This document shows positions 17,008 to 31,659 of a DNA stretch of 64,000 nt, in pieces. Each line of letters starts with the position of its first letter. Position 1 is the first letter of the stretch. A model generated the notes under the pieces. The model saw only the letters and a list, made by a program, of their open reading frames with translations. It made no database searches and was not told where the DNA came from. Origin of the DNA: Chrysomallon squamiferum (lineage: Eukaryota; Animalia; Mollusca). Both the position numbers and the translations under genes were made by a program. The DNA is taken from assembly GCA_012295275.1 (NCBI GenBank), contig CM022673.1, forward strand, positions 2,170,001 through 2,234,000, in the 5' to 3' direction.

Positions 17008-18390
17008 TATTGAAAAAAAAGAAAGAAAAAAAAAAAGTGTGAGCTATCCCAGTTTCCAACGCGTCACCGCCATTTCATATATAAAGATGACAGGCACATA
17101 GTTAAATCGTCTGCAATAAATAATTATTATCTTCATTTTTTATTTATTTTATTAATATATAACACTTATGTCTCGCGAAAATAAACATTAAACTGCTACT
17201 TATTTCAATTAGCCCTGCTCTTTAAGCATTCTGAACGTGTGCATTCAGTTGTGCTAGTCGTTAAGTAAACCCAGTGGAAAAATAAAGCTGCAGGAGTGGT
17301 TAACCCTGTTAAAAAATGTCTGAGTCGTTATGTCATGGCGTCCTTGGTCATACTTTGAGCTTGTTACGAGTCAGCCTGTCGGAATGAGCGAATAGTTAGT
17401 TACGTGACTTACTCATAGCGTCAACTGGCATGGCTGGTATAAGATAGGTCTTATGCTAGATAATCATGATGATGAGACAATAACGAAATAAAATAAAATA
17501 AAAATGATATTAACTAAATAAATAAAGATGATGGTATATGATGATGATGAATAAGAACAAAAATTGTTTCCCTGAAATTTATGTTCTAAAGATGGCGTCG
17601 ACATAGAAATAGGCTTACAAGCTAGAAAACTGAGATAATTTATTGGTTCGTTCGCGTGTCATGTGACCAATGTCCTTTATAAAGGTCATTTAGTTGTTTA
17701 AACGAGTTGGAAAACTTAGCGTGTTTTTATATCATGGTTATAATTCGAATCAGTAAATAACTCTGAAATGATTTACAAGTTCTGTCGGACGTTTTATTAT
17801 TATATATATATTGTTTTATTATATATATATTTTACAACAAAATGTCCATACCTCAGATGACGTCATAATAAAAATAAAAATGGCTATCGCACTGCACATT
17901 CACAGATGTTTTATTATTGATGATGCTGTTTTGTTTTATTTGTTTGTTTATTTGTTAAATTGTTATTGTTGGTTTTTATTTTATTATTTTATTTTATTTT
18001 TTTTTTTTTTTTATTATTATTTTTTTTTTTTTTTTTTTTTTTTTGGTTACCGTAAACAAATAAAAAGATGTGTTAGAAATATTCGGGATGTATTTATGTC
18101 ATTTTTCAAATAACTTAAACTCGAATTGATTACACTTATTGAACTTTATGGTCTGCTTATCGAGCCGCGGGCAACACACTTGCATTGTGCACGATAAAAG
18201 AACGAACGGAAAGCGCACAGACAACAGTGCAGTGAATTTGCGAAACGCTCTATGAATTTCATTATCGCCGTTTCTTATCCTTTTATAACTTCTGTTATAT
18301 TCGTTTATGGTTATTATACTGCTTTAGAATGGTAGGAAGGTTCAATAAATTGTAATAAACCAGAACATGATTCATTTCAAGTGTTAATAA

Positions 18391-18461
<71 letters not shown>

Positions 18462-19391
18462 TAAACCAAAATTGTCACATTTGAGAATAAATAAATAAGA
18501 CACGGACATTTAAAACACGTAGAACAAAACTCGGACAAAAAGAACAAAAGGGACAAGCTGTACAAATCAATTGTCTAGGCTCTTGTTTTACTGTTCCGGA
18601 CCACCTGTTATCACAAAGTGCGACAATAACAAAGTACTGTTAAAAACAACACTTTATACGCTCGCTGTGTTTTTATCACTCACGGTTGGACTTACGACCC
18701 TGCATTTGAGTACGTGCAAGCCGGCAGCTTCTGACAACTCCAGAAAATATAGGAAATCAGCTCTATCTATACGCGATGACGTCACTACAAATAAAATGGC
18801 GGCTCAGAAATAGTTTAATGTTTTAATTTTTTTAAATATTTATTAAGATAAGATGGCTATAATATAAATAAATAATCAAAAAAAAATAATATATTTACCC
18901 TGTTTCTTAATAATTTAATAATCTACAGTAACCTTTAAGAGCACGAACACAAGGAAGCATAACTAAATACGTATAATACAAACAAAACACAGACATTATA
19001 ATACACGGAGCAAAATACGGACAAAAGAAACAGGGACATTTATACCATAGAGGACATCACGTAGACACTTTATACAAAAGACGGCAAAACACACGGTAAC
19101 AAAGACAAACAACAGGCTTGTACTTTAAACTGTCAACGTGACAACAGTCACGTACACAATCAATTCGTTTTGTTTCTGACACGTGCCACTCAATTTTCGG
19201 TGAATTCAAGCAGCTGTCAATCTTAAACGTGACGTGTCACAAGCCAGACAGCAAAAACAAACAAGGTGGCGCTGCGATTTCTTAATTTAGTTCACGTACA
19301 TGTTTGTTTGATAAATAATTATTTTTACTTATTAATTATATTACATTATCTTATATTTTATTTTATTTTATTTTGGTTACAGTTTATACTA

Positions 19392-19437
<46 letters not shown>

Positions 19438-20677
19438 TTAGGCTTATTTTATTTATTTAAGTTGATATATCTTTATTTCATTTATTACAAAAGGAACTTA
19501 CATCACGCCCTAACAGAAATTTGTTTAATCCCCAATAAGGTAAATGTATTTACTGATAGTCGGAAATGACGTCATATAGGAGTGTCGTATAGGAGTGTTA
19601 ATCAGGGTCTACGAGAGACGGGGTGCAGCCGGTATTTTGTTCCGGGGCCCTGCAGAAAGCATGCATTAATTGAATATGTTTGTTACATTATCTGATCATG
19701 AAAATAAAGCATTTACGAGAGTTTGGTGCAGATTTACTGAACATCAAATTGTCAATTTTGAGAAAAACCTTATTTTTGCTGTATTTATCGAGATTTATTT
19801 TTTCAAGAAACCTTTATCTAACACTGTCGACACACAGTTGAGCCAAACTAACTCTATGAAATAAAAACAAATAATAAAAATAAAAACCCTAACAAATTAA
19901 TGTTATTTAATTCGGCTGATATATTTATACATTTATTTTTCTTTATCATTATTGTTATTATTTTATTATTTTTTATTTTTTATTTTTAATATTAATGGTT
20001 TTGGACGTTGTTTGTTGGTTGTTTATTTATTTATTTATTTTGCTTTGTTTGTTTTGGAAGCGTAGCTGGCGTACCAAAGGCAATCATAGTAAGCATGGTT
20101 TGAGTGTTGTTTGTTTGTTTGTTTGTTTCACTCTTTGATTGTTTTGCACGTGTATCTCGAGCTTCACGGACGGTATTTATGGCGTGCATGTTATCTCGCA
20201 TTTTAATTATTTTTATTTTTATTTTGTTAATGAATACCTGCTTGTGTGGTCATTTCCTAGACCTTCTCTGACGTCAGGGCCAGCTGGAAATAATCTTAGC
20301 TGAGAACACAAATCAAATTTTAATATCTATTCATTTGACTGGTCAAGACATTTATCAAGAGAAAATCCAATATAATTATAATTAACACCATAATATAAAT
20401 AAGATTTATAAATAATGTTCACCTCTTTCCTGTTTGTTCTTCATGTCCATAACCACGAGTTACTCTTTATTCACTTGTGGTAAACAGAAAAGTAATAACT
20501 TCGTGGGTGCATTGACATTAACATCAGCAAAAAATATTTTATTTATGCAGAGAGAAAACTGCATACGTGGATCTTTTTTCTATTAACGGTGTCGATGTCA
20601 ACAGAGAGAAATGTCTCAACAGCTAAAAATGTCGGAACCAAATAAAAAAAGATTGATTTACTAAGGCTTTATATTAA

Positions 20678-21096
20678 AGTGTACCTATGGCGATACGAAT
20701 AAGTAGTTTAATAACATTCTTTACACATCCACGTTAATATTATAGTGCTTTAGACAACCTATTATTACTTGTAACAAAGTATGACAGTAAAATACTGTAA
20801 ATAAAAAAAAAAAAACCCATCTAAATTACGCTGTTTTACCCGCCTACGTAGCATACTGATATCTGTATACCGTGAGAAGAAACCTAACACTCTGAAAAAA
20901 AGGCTATTAAATCCACAACGCACGCGATGACGTCACGACTACAGAAACATGGCCGCAGTAGATATTTTAAAGCTGTTTTCTTTCGTTGTTACACTTCGAT
21001 ATTAACTAAAATCTGACTTTAGAATACAAATAAAACGTAACTTGAAAGAATGCAGAATAATATTTAGACTACTTCATATCTCTGTAGTTATACACT
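20678..21096. mobile_element. Decayed non-autonomous DNA transposon (MITE) with TTAA-like target site, Kolobok/piggyBac-like
   Basis: Left end ttaa|agtgtacctatggcgatacgaataagtagtttaa is an imperfect inverted repeat of the right end tttagactacttcatatctctgtagttatacact|ttca. Confidence 0.55.
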
Positions 21097-22689
21097 TTCA
21101 GGTACTCTACATATAACGGGCACGCGGAAATCATTCAAATTCCGGTTTAGTTAGGGTCCCATTTTGAGAACATTTATTGTACTACCATGATATCAGACAT
21201 TCATTTTCTGACTGAAAGTGTCACTTTAGTATTGATACAAGTGCAGCAGTGAACAGATTTATCCATTTCAACTTGTAGCATTTGTCTTCATAAATATGTT
21301 GTTGCTTTTGTTTTTTCTGTTCATGTAGTTTAATTTATGTGTTACTACAAACTTGTTTTTTTTTTTTTTTTTTTTTTTTTGTTGTTGTAGCAACTGCTAA
21401 GTATAACTACGTGATACAAAATTTGAAGTTGTTAAATTAAGTATTCCATATCTTGGTAATGACGTCATAACATTTCGTATTTTTTTAATTATTATTATTT
21501 TTTTTTTTTTAATGTCAGGCACGGTAACATCCGACAGTGATTGATTAATTGCAGAGGAGTGAATGTTGTGCATTTGTAATTTATTTTTAGTATATATGTT
21601 GTTTTGTTTTTTTATGTTTTGTTTAAACCTTGTAATGACATTTACTTCCTGTTGAAAGTGGGAACATGTTTGGCAAGCCCATCAGTTTCGATTAATCCAG
21701 CAGCTGCCTAGAGGGCTTTGAAGGATGAGATTTAAAAGATCGCTCTGGACGCCTCAAACTTCGTTACCATGGAAACCGTAATTACTCCACGCTCGCATGT
21801 CTAGGACTATCGATTTCCTTTCAATGCGCAGTTAAATTTATTTCTTCTGCGTAATCAAATTTGTCAAGGGCAGAAAAAAGAAGAAAAATCAATAACCCTC
21901 GAGCTGTTCGATGAGATAAAACCGCCTCCAGCTACGCTGCGTGGCAGATGTTTTTATGTCTTTCTTTTCTTTATTTTTTTCCCAGAAGGATTTATCATCT
22001 CTCTCTTTGTCATCGGTTTCTCTTGTAATGTCTCGCTGATATCCTGTTCATGCCACTCTAAAAAAGGATAGCGTAGGCATTTCCTCTTTTCTCTTTCTAT
22101 CTTTTTTTTTTTTTATTTTTTTTTTTTTTTATATATATATATAAAGGAACACTGGCCCAAATCTATAAGAGTGGAGATTTTTAAAAGATGGCAGCATTAC
22201 ATGCACCACATCAGATAGCACTGTTCGGCAAAGGATATTTGAACTGACTTCTGAATTACAAATATTCCAGATCAACTCTAAATGTAACTTGCTTCTATTA
22301 GACACTGGAGTTAAATAGAGAATGTTGTTGTAATTAAGTTTAGGTTTAATATAATTTTTTGCTGAATCTTCTATTTTCATCTCTAAACAATTTAGGCAGA
22401 GGAGAGATATAGGTTGCAAACGATGCCCGAAAATACTTCTTTTGCATTCACCATTGTGGAACTGAATACGCTGACCATTATGACATTGTGTACATAAATC
22501 ATTATTTCAGGGAAAAATCCCAGAAGATTAAAGCATGTTAAAGCATGATTATTAGAATCGCGAAATGAGAGCCGATGTTCAGTCTTTAAAGTAACAAATA
22601 AATAATTTTGTTATTATTTGTTTAATGATGTACAATGTGTATGCACACTTACACTCAGACTGACATCCATACGTATAATTTTTGTTTAT

Positions 22690-22752
<63 letters not shown>

Positions 22753-23085
22753 ACGGTTTAATGGGGGTATGTTTTTTACTATCTCATTATCTCAAAAATT
22801 ATATTTATTACATTTACTTTATTACTGTATTACTGGACTCATACCGTTTTATTAACACAAAATCCCGGGTCACTCTAAGATCGAAAGTAATTAAATATTT
22901 CTATTACTTTCCTTAATGGCTATACCGTTAGCACCCTAAGTTATACAAGTAAATTCTGTAACGCAGTATTTATTGTCTTTAATTAGCAAATACACATTTG
23001 AGAGATCCTTGAATTGTGGACATTCTGAATTTATCTTTGAAAATATGTCTTTTGATATGGTATTTAGGCTGCGAAATATAAGAAG

Positions 23086-23179
<94 letters not shown>

Positions 23180-23659
23180 CTCAGTCTTCAAATTTCTCAC
23201 ACCCTGTCTCTTTGTTTATAGTCATCTATCGTATTTTCACACACCCTAACACACCTAAACAAGCAAATACATTTACATCTCTGTTAATGGTTTAGAAAGT
23301 CTAAGAGCTATTCAACACAGACTGTAAAATAATTATTCTTCATATGACAAGCTGCCCTTTAATTTAACCAGATAACCATTGCCTTTTACATACAAATGTC
23401 GTTAGCATGTTCGACGATTTATGAAAATTGTGATTAATGCCTTATTCATTCTATAAACAGACGATAATATTTGGCTTCCTTACAAGCTGCTACCATAACC
23501 AGGAGACTTTGACATCGAAGGAATCATTTTGTTGGGTGTTTATTAATCCTTGATTTGTGGGCGAGCTGCTTTAAAAGATGGATGCGATAAGTAAAATGCA
23601 TATTTCATAATTATACATAAGCAACTGACGCTTGCCTAAAAGTAAATAATTATTCAAAA

Positions 23660-23708
<49 letters not shown>

Positions 23709-24218
23709 GTATGTATAATGTATATTCTTATAATACTTAAACAGACACATTTAATGGAAACCAATACACAATTTTACAAGCTGAAATTCGGAATTTTACG
23801 TTATTAAATTAAAAGAAACATTTTTGAGCCATCATTTTAAAATACTAAACATGTCACCTTTATTAACGTTCTACAACATTTTGAAAGGGAAAAGTTAACA
23901 GTATATCGCTCTTGACTTAAATACCTTGCACTGTTCAAGTCACCTACTTAGGAGGGGTTCGGTCGAATTCTGTTCACCAATCTGACTTCTGTTCTCTCGA
24001 TATATTTACACACTTCTGTTACTAGTATAATATTTCTGGTTATCACACGGATGTACATAGAACACTTAATTTATGTTAATATTTAACAAAAATTTAAATA
24101 AATAAATGTGTAAATGCATTTTACAAATCTCGTTTCAAGAATTTGATATTTTACTCAAACGTTTATAACATTTTCTCACTCCACGTGTCAGACAGAACTT
24201 TGAAAACTGATTACATTA

Positions 24219-24255
<37 letters not shown>

Positions 24256-25441
24256 CAAAAAATAAAATAATGACACAAAGTAAAGGTTTTAAACAATATG
24301 GGCATGAAGATAAATTATAAAGCAAGCATATTAAATATGAGGAAAATTCAAAAGTGGTTTCTTATTACATTCTAAAGCTACTTACAGATAGTTAAATTTG
24401 TAAATATTTAAAAAGTTGTTTAGTTGCACTGGTGGATGTTCGTGCATGCCGCGTGTAGGCGAGAGCCACAACGTCGCCTACGTAGCTTCTAAAAAAAATT
24501 GCAGCGTCCCACAGGTTAAATATATTTACATTAGAGAGACACAGTAACCGAAGAACGAGGATGTTGGTTTTCAGCAATGTACCAGTATTAAAATGACATA
24601 TTAACCTTTTTATTCTCCTTAATTAATATTTATCTTTTACCTTCTTTATTATTGTTGTTGTTGTTGTTGTCTGTTTTGTTTTGAAGAAAAAATGAAAAAT
24701 ATAAAAAAAAAAAAAAAAAAGACACACACGCATACAGTCAAACCAGGCATAATGCTAGAAATATTCAGTCATTTCACATAATGCCTATCACTACCAGTGA
24801 TATCGCGTAATGCGGAAAATGTTCTCACATTTCACGAACTTCTGTTACACAAAATGTCTGAAAGCGATCGTACAATTTGTGCAAAACGCTTGTTGACGAC
24901 ATCTGATGGTCATTTGCTGCACTGTTTATTGTTTTATTTATCTGATGTTAGGATATTTAGTTCAGACCGAACAGAACCATGGGGTATCTCTGGAAACAGC
25001 ACGTGATGTTAATGTTCGAAGAGTAGTTACATTTAGAACTTAGGGCTAAGCAACAAGAAAGAAATGTTTTCACATAATGTCATGTTCAGTGATAACATAT
25101 AGTAGTTATATCATTTACTTACATTTTTCAACTGTAAGCCAAATTCTCTTTATTGGTAGCAACAATTTCTAAATACGATGTGCTGAGATGATGTGCCATC
25201 AATCTCAAACAGTCAGGAACAGTGATGGAAATGTTTGGCGAATCGTAGGAGACAGTGATCCAATACTTTTCAGTTCCCAATTTACGTACAATTTTCTGTA
25301 CTACCAGGGAATCAGAGATGTTTATTAGCTAGCTTCTGTCAAATTTATAACAATTAAAATTGAGTTTATTTCTTATAATCATAGATGCATATTCTACTCA
25401 ACTTTACTAAAAACATATATATATATATATATATATATATA

Positions 25442-25655
25442 CAGGGTGGCCCAAAAGTAGGTTTACAGTTATTAAACTATTGTTTATATGCTTGAAGTTA
25501 CTTGCTAAGTACAATTAACCTAAAATACAATGTTGAAGGAGGACATTTTGAGCACCTGAGAGATTAAACAGTTTCTGTTTAATGCTTGAAACATGCTTGT
25601 AATTTAATATAAATTGCCTATGTAATATCTGTAAACCTACTTTTGGGCCACCCTG
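25442..25655 (+). mobile_element. Tc1/mariner-family internally deleted element (MITE), 214 bp
   Basis: Perfect 27-bp TIRs (cagggtggcccaaaagtaggtttacag at 25442-25468 and its reverse complement at 25629-25655) with TA on both flanks. Internal remnant encodes YNVEGGHFEHLRD*, a typical mariner/maT transposase C-terminus. Confidence 0.93.
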
Positions 25656-26641
25656 TATATTAGATTATATTATAAATTGTTTTAATAATAACACAGTCTT
25701 ACTTCACTGAATTAACAGTTTTATATGAGGACGTGCACGACGCACACGGCTGTATCTAGTACTGTGTAACTATTGCATAGATTTGATGTGAGATGCCTTT
25801 ATCCGTTGTAAATTCGACTCAATAGCAAGTTTTTACGTGATCTTCTTGGATTAAAAATTGACACGATAAGCCTGAAGCAGATAATATACTTGTCTTTCTT
25901 TCCATATCAATCTGTTAAATGATTTAGTATAATGCCTGGACACGATTATCAGTTATTCCATAAAATGACTAAACACTTTAGGCGTTATATGACATTGCTG
26001 GTGGCTATAGGCATTACGACAAATGACTGAATATTTCAGGCATTACATATAGTGATTCTTTTCGCAAATTGACTGTAATATATATAAATGACCGAATATT
26101 TCAGGCATTACAAGTATTGACTGTAATATATATAAATGACCGAATAGTTCAGGCATTACACGTAATGACTAGTTTCCAAGTTGACGGTAACATATACAGA
26201 CACGGTCTTCAAAGGAATAAATAACTATTTAAAAAATGCACAGAGATAAAATATATTATTCATGCATTAATTTAGAAGAGTGATATAGCAACAGATGTTT
26301 ATCCAGTAATGCAGCAACAAAACTTGCCTACGCATAGATTCTAGGGTTTCATTGCGTTCAAGGATGTCATCAAGTTTGATGAAGTGTCATTTATTGCACT
26401 CGTATATAATTAAAAACAAAAAAAGTACTTCAAACAAGAATTTTTTTTTTTTTTAATAAAACAAATTTAAAATAAATAAATAAATAAATAAATAAATACG
26501 CAGTTTAATAAAACTGTTAAACAATATTAATGATGCTTTATTTATTTATTTTATTTTTATTTATTTATTTACTACTACTACAATTATTACTACAATTACT
26601 ACTATAACTGCCTCTACTACTCCTATCATCACCATTGCTGC

Positions 26642-26727
<86 letters not shown>

Positions 26728-28352
26728 GTAGTATTAGTAGTAGTAGTAGTAGTAGTAGTATTATTATTATTATTATTTCTGTGGATGAAAAGCCTATGAA
26801 ACTATTTTGACTCCAATTAGGGTAAGTCAGTATGCAATTCTTACGTTTAGCAGTCTATTACTTTATTTTAAAGCAACAGACCGCGCATGCGCGCAATGGC
26901 GTCTTGTACTTTCCGGGACCTGTGAGCGACACATCTAACAGTGCATTAGCGTTTTATAACTGAAATTAAGTTGATTATTTGAAAAATCAGTTATAAATAG
27001 AAGATATGTTTTAGTTAACAACAAATTAACCTCCAATTATCTTTATGTTGTCATGTCGTTAAGGAAGTAAGTGATAAATTGATTTCAAGTTCCAGCTTGC
27101 ATTTTACATTTAGACTTATTGAAAATGGGTTAAACGCTTTCATTGTTAAGTTTATATAAAATAGTTTACATATATAAATACAATGGAAATATGTAATTTA
27201 ATCAAACTAATTACTACAGTTAATGATATTTTAATACATTATATATATATATATATATCTTCTTTATTTTTCCGTTCAACTCTCAAAATATATGTGTGAT
27301 TAGATTATACAACGTAACATAAATGTCATTATGTTGATATTTTTACATTTTTCATTCAGTTTTGTTAGACTAATTATGCACTTGGAATTAATTTGTGCTC
27401 AACGTCAGGCAGAGTCGAAGAAAGTCCTTATGCATCTATTGGGCTTGTCAAACACTTCGTGAAAGCACTGAAAGAAGTTTTCAAATGCATTTGCAACATG
27501 TTGTCACCAATGTCAGAAGCAAAAGCCAAAGATGATATTTTCATCTCACCAGATGTTTGCAAGATGCTTCTGTCACAATAATAAAAAAAAATTAAAAATT
27601 AAATTTAAAAAAAGATGGGAAAACAAATGACACCAAAAGGAACGAAATGCTTGAAGTTCGTTTAGGGAAGTGCTTGAATAATATTTTCCTGGAAATTACG
27701 AACAATTAATAGAAAAACTAATAGACTTTCGTAAATCTTGAATACCGGATATTTAATGAAATTGCGTTTCCTCCAATCTCACCTAAATTTCTTCAGTGAC
27801 AAAATGGATGACATCAATGAATAGCACGAACAAAAGAGTTTATCAAAATATATTTAAATCTTTATACACTGATATCAGTAACTTTTACGAAAGATTATTT
27901 AATTTTCAGCGAAGTGTTTTAAAAGTTGATGTTGACTTTTGAAGATTATCCCAGTAAAACAAATAAAAGTGTGTGTTTGTGTGAGTGCGTGTGTGTGTGT
28001 GTGTATGTGTTTCTGCTGGGACACGATTGTTTGTTTTCTTTGTTTGTTTTTGCTTTGTTTGTTGAATATAATCTGACATTTTAGCATATTTCTAATTGTG
28101 GTAAAATGGAAATAAACCTGATTTTGTTTTCGGTGTGTCTGGTCGTGCATGCAACATTCTTAAATTTACGAGAAAGCCGCTATGAAAGATCAATTGTTTT
28201 TAATTTGAAAATGTAACCTTTGGATTAGAAAACGCAGAGTTGTTATTTGAAATTCATTACGAAACCGCACTGTAGTTATAAATGTAACTTAAAGTTGCTG
28301 GCTTGATTGAAAGATAAACTCAAACATAAATCCTTTTAATGAAGAGAACCAA

Positions 28353-28386
<34 letters not shown>

Positions 28387-30484
28387 ATTAAATAAATAGT
28401 ACGGTGTGAGAATTTTGATATTTAAGATGTTAGTTTTATTTTAATTTATTTATTAGTAGTAGTAGCAACAATATATGCGACTGTTGTAGTAGTAACAATA
28501 ACAGTCTGAGGAAGGTAAACAGCAGTAATAGCAATTCATTTAATTTATTTCATCAAAAAATGTTTCTTTGTTTTCTCTCCACATTTTCAGATTTTTATTC
28601 TGATTAAGATGAGAAATACTGTATTAAAGTTAGCCTAAAAAGCAATACGTGAAGTGAACACCTGATTTTTAATTTTTTTTTTTTTTTTTTTTCTGCAATT
28701 AATCAAAAAAAGAGTTATAAATAACATATTGTATTATATTTATGTAATACGTTAAGTAATCAGGACCATGATGAGAAAGACAAACTAAATATTTATTATA
28801 CAACATTTTTAATTAATCAAGATTTAATCCGTTTCGTTAAAATAGAATCCATGCCGCTAACTAACGACTTCTTTCTTTTGATATTCTTTGTGTTTTCTTC
28901 GGATCAACTTCGCTTCCAAGTTTAAAATAAACCAATCATAAACTAAGCATTTTAATCTTTTAACAATTCCGTCCCAGAAACTCTTAGTATTAAAAGATGT
29001 TCTAGATTAAATAAAAACGTGACTATTGTTGTCTAGTAAACTGACGTTTCACTATAGTAACAATTATTGCTCCGAGCATTAACAAAATTATTATTTTTAA
29101 AAATAGATATATTTTGAGATCTTTTAAAGATTAAAATCGACTTTGCGAGAAATGAAGTATATCTATTGTTATATTTGACAAATGCTGTGCTGAGTCTAAA
29201 ACACTTTGGTTGTTCTGCAGTCTGCTTAGGTACGTGATGAAGAATACCGGAACAACAATGCATCCTTGTCACAGTCTCTTCATAACTGAATCTTGTAAAT
29301 AATAATTTAAAAATTAACTAATCAATGAAAAAGCAATCAGCCAGCCGGCCAACTTAGACTGTATTTATCTGGAAAGAAGGTTTAAACACGTTTGACTTGG
29401 TCACACAGTTTAACAACAGGGAAGTTTCATTTAAATGATAGTTTTGCTGCCAGTATAAAAGTCTAAGGAGGTTTCTTCTTTCATATACGATACGTATTTA
29501 TCAAAAAAAAAAAAAACACCCTAACAATTAAAATGTTTAAAAAGTCTCTGAATCATTAAGCAAATCAACAATACTGCATAATAATATGTAATAGAATGCC
29601 CCTTTTTTTCTCTCTTTTGTTTTCAAACAGCAACAAGAACAACAAAAATAATAATAAAAATTAAATAAATAAATAAAGTCAACAAAAAAAATAATTTAAA
29701 AAAATAAAATTTTGATTTTTTTTTTAGTTTTTAATTTTCATTTCATTTTTTTCTTCTTCTTTTCTTTTTCGCTTTGTTTTAAGAATCTACACCGCAACAA
29801 CCAAAACTGATGCACTGTAATACACGTACAAGCATTTACAACAACAACAACAAAAAATGGTTTCGTATAAAATACGTTTTAAAAAAAAGTCATGAAAGAT
29901 AGTATTAAGAGAATATTTTATCCTCTGTGCTTGGATAAATTTAAGTAATTTATTATATAATTATGACGGTTATTTATTTCCTAACAGCTGTGATGTTATA
30001 GATTGATAAATAAAACAAAATAAAATAAATCGACATAAGATGACAGTTAACAGCTTTGCCGAGTCAAAATATTACCAGGCTAACACCACCGTGTCAAAAC
30101 GCACGTCTGTTAGTGGAAAAATTACACCGCTCTTAAATAATCTGATTAATGAAATGTTCCGTATTCTTAAATAATCACTTATGATTGCGTTAAAACATAC
30201 TAGGACTATTAATTTGTTAAGTGTTAATAAACCAGTTTAATACTTTCTTATATTTATTATTATATTTATTCCAGTTTATATATGTGTCATGTATAAATAA
30301 ATAAAAGTTGTCCTGTACAACAGTGACGTCATATTTTATTAGCAGACGAACATTCATTCCAATGTGTAACAATTAGGTACCATATGAAAAACACTGTAAT
30401 ATTTTCAAACTTGTATCGTCTTCTTTTTTTCCTTCTTTTTCATATTATTTTTTTTTTTTTTTTAAAATTATTTAGACTCATGGC

Positions 30485-30600
30485 TGAAATGCTTTTTCCT
30501 ATCCCAGTCATAACGCCGCTACTATTGGTTTATCAAAGGTGTGTGTTTTCGTGTCTATGGTACCCATACAAATCATCCCTTGCTGCTAATAAAAACAAAA
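30485..30600 (+). mobile_element. Decayed fragment of a mollusc SINE-like dispersed repeat
   Basis: ...ttcctatcccagtc...tggtttatcaaagg...tgtctatgg...atcccttgctgctaat resembles, from memory, an abundant gastropod SINE central domain. A related fragment lies at ~31660-31770. Confidence 0.45.
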
Positions 30601-31017
30601 ATGTATCTGTTCTATAACGACAGCGGACTCCGTCATAAATTACACGAATGAACCATAGCCATATCTATGGCACAGTATTATGTTGTATACAACAGCAGAC
30701 CAAAAATGCATTTAGAAAAATAATTCTAAGAAAAATGAGATTTCCTTTCCTGTATTCATTTAACATCAAAACTCTATAGCGACAAAACATGTCTGTACAA
30801 AGTTTCTCAAAAGCAAGCTAAAAAAACGACCTAACCTCGATTTCGAGCACCAAGGTCACCTTTCTCACTAAGATACCAGCGTGAATATGACGTCATCATG
30901 CAGAAAATTACTTCATTTATTAATATTGTCATTTGTTTCATTTTATTTAATGGAAGAGTTTATGGCGGGGTTTCTCCGTTGCCCTATCCACTATTTGTAA
31001 TACATTATATCCCTCTC

Positions 31018-31073
<56 letters not shown>

Positions 31074-31659
31074 GTATGGAAATTAATTTATTATTTTCTT
31101 TTTTTAAATCATGAATAAAAATTATTATACAGAAGAAAGAAAAGAAAAAAAAAAAATATATATATATATATATAAATAAATGTTGAAAACAGTCTATAAT
31201 AATCTAACACGTCCCCATCAAATCAGACAGTTATAAAAATAAATCCGTTGAATGTCTAAAACATTTGGCTGCTTGCCAAACCGGCTAGTAATGACCGAAC
31301 AAAGGTCACTGACACGTTTTCCTAATGGAACGCCGAGCACGAGACTTAAATGAGCGGAAATTTCCATCGAAATATTCCACTGCTATTCTGTGGGGTTTTT
31401 CCATTAGGGCAAGACGCCGTGGGTGGATAAAGTGCAGCTGTCGGCATTTATGTCACGATGTTTCTTTGTCTAGTTTTGTAGACTGTTTATTTAATGATTT
31501 TGTCCGTAAGTGGGAAAGTCCAAATATGCACGTTTCGGCTGGTTTGATCAAAATCTGTTGTATTTCACATTACGTAACAGTTATATTATCAAAGAAAAGG
31601 TTATACCCTATATCTGCAGTTGTGTGTTACTGACTCGAACATAATCGGTATTAGCTGCT

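Noticed and set aside
19603-19655. cagggtctacgagag...ggggccctg resembling a hAT-MITE left end
   Set aside because: No matching right terminus or target-site duplication found.
31325-31633. 102-aa ATG-initiated ORF in the gene-free interval
   Set aside because: No domain motif, codon bias or splice context; its length is compatible with chance.
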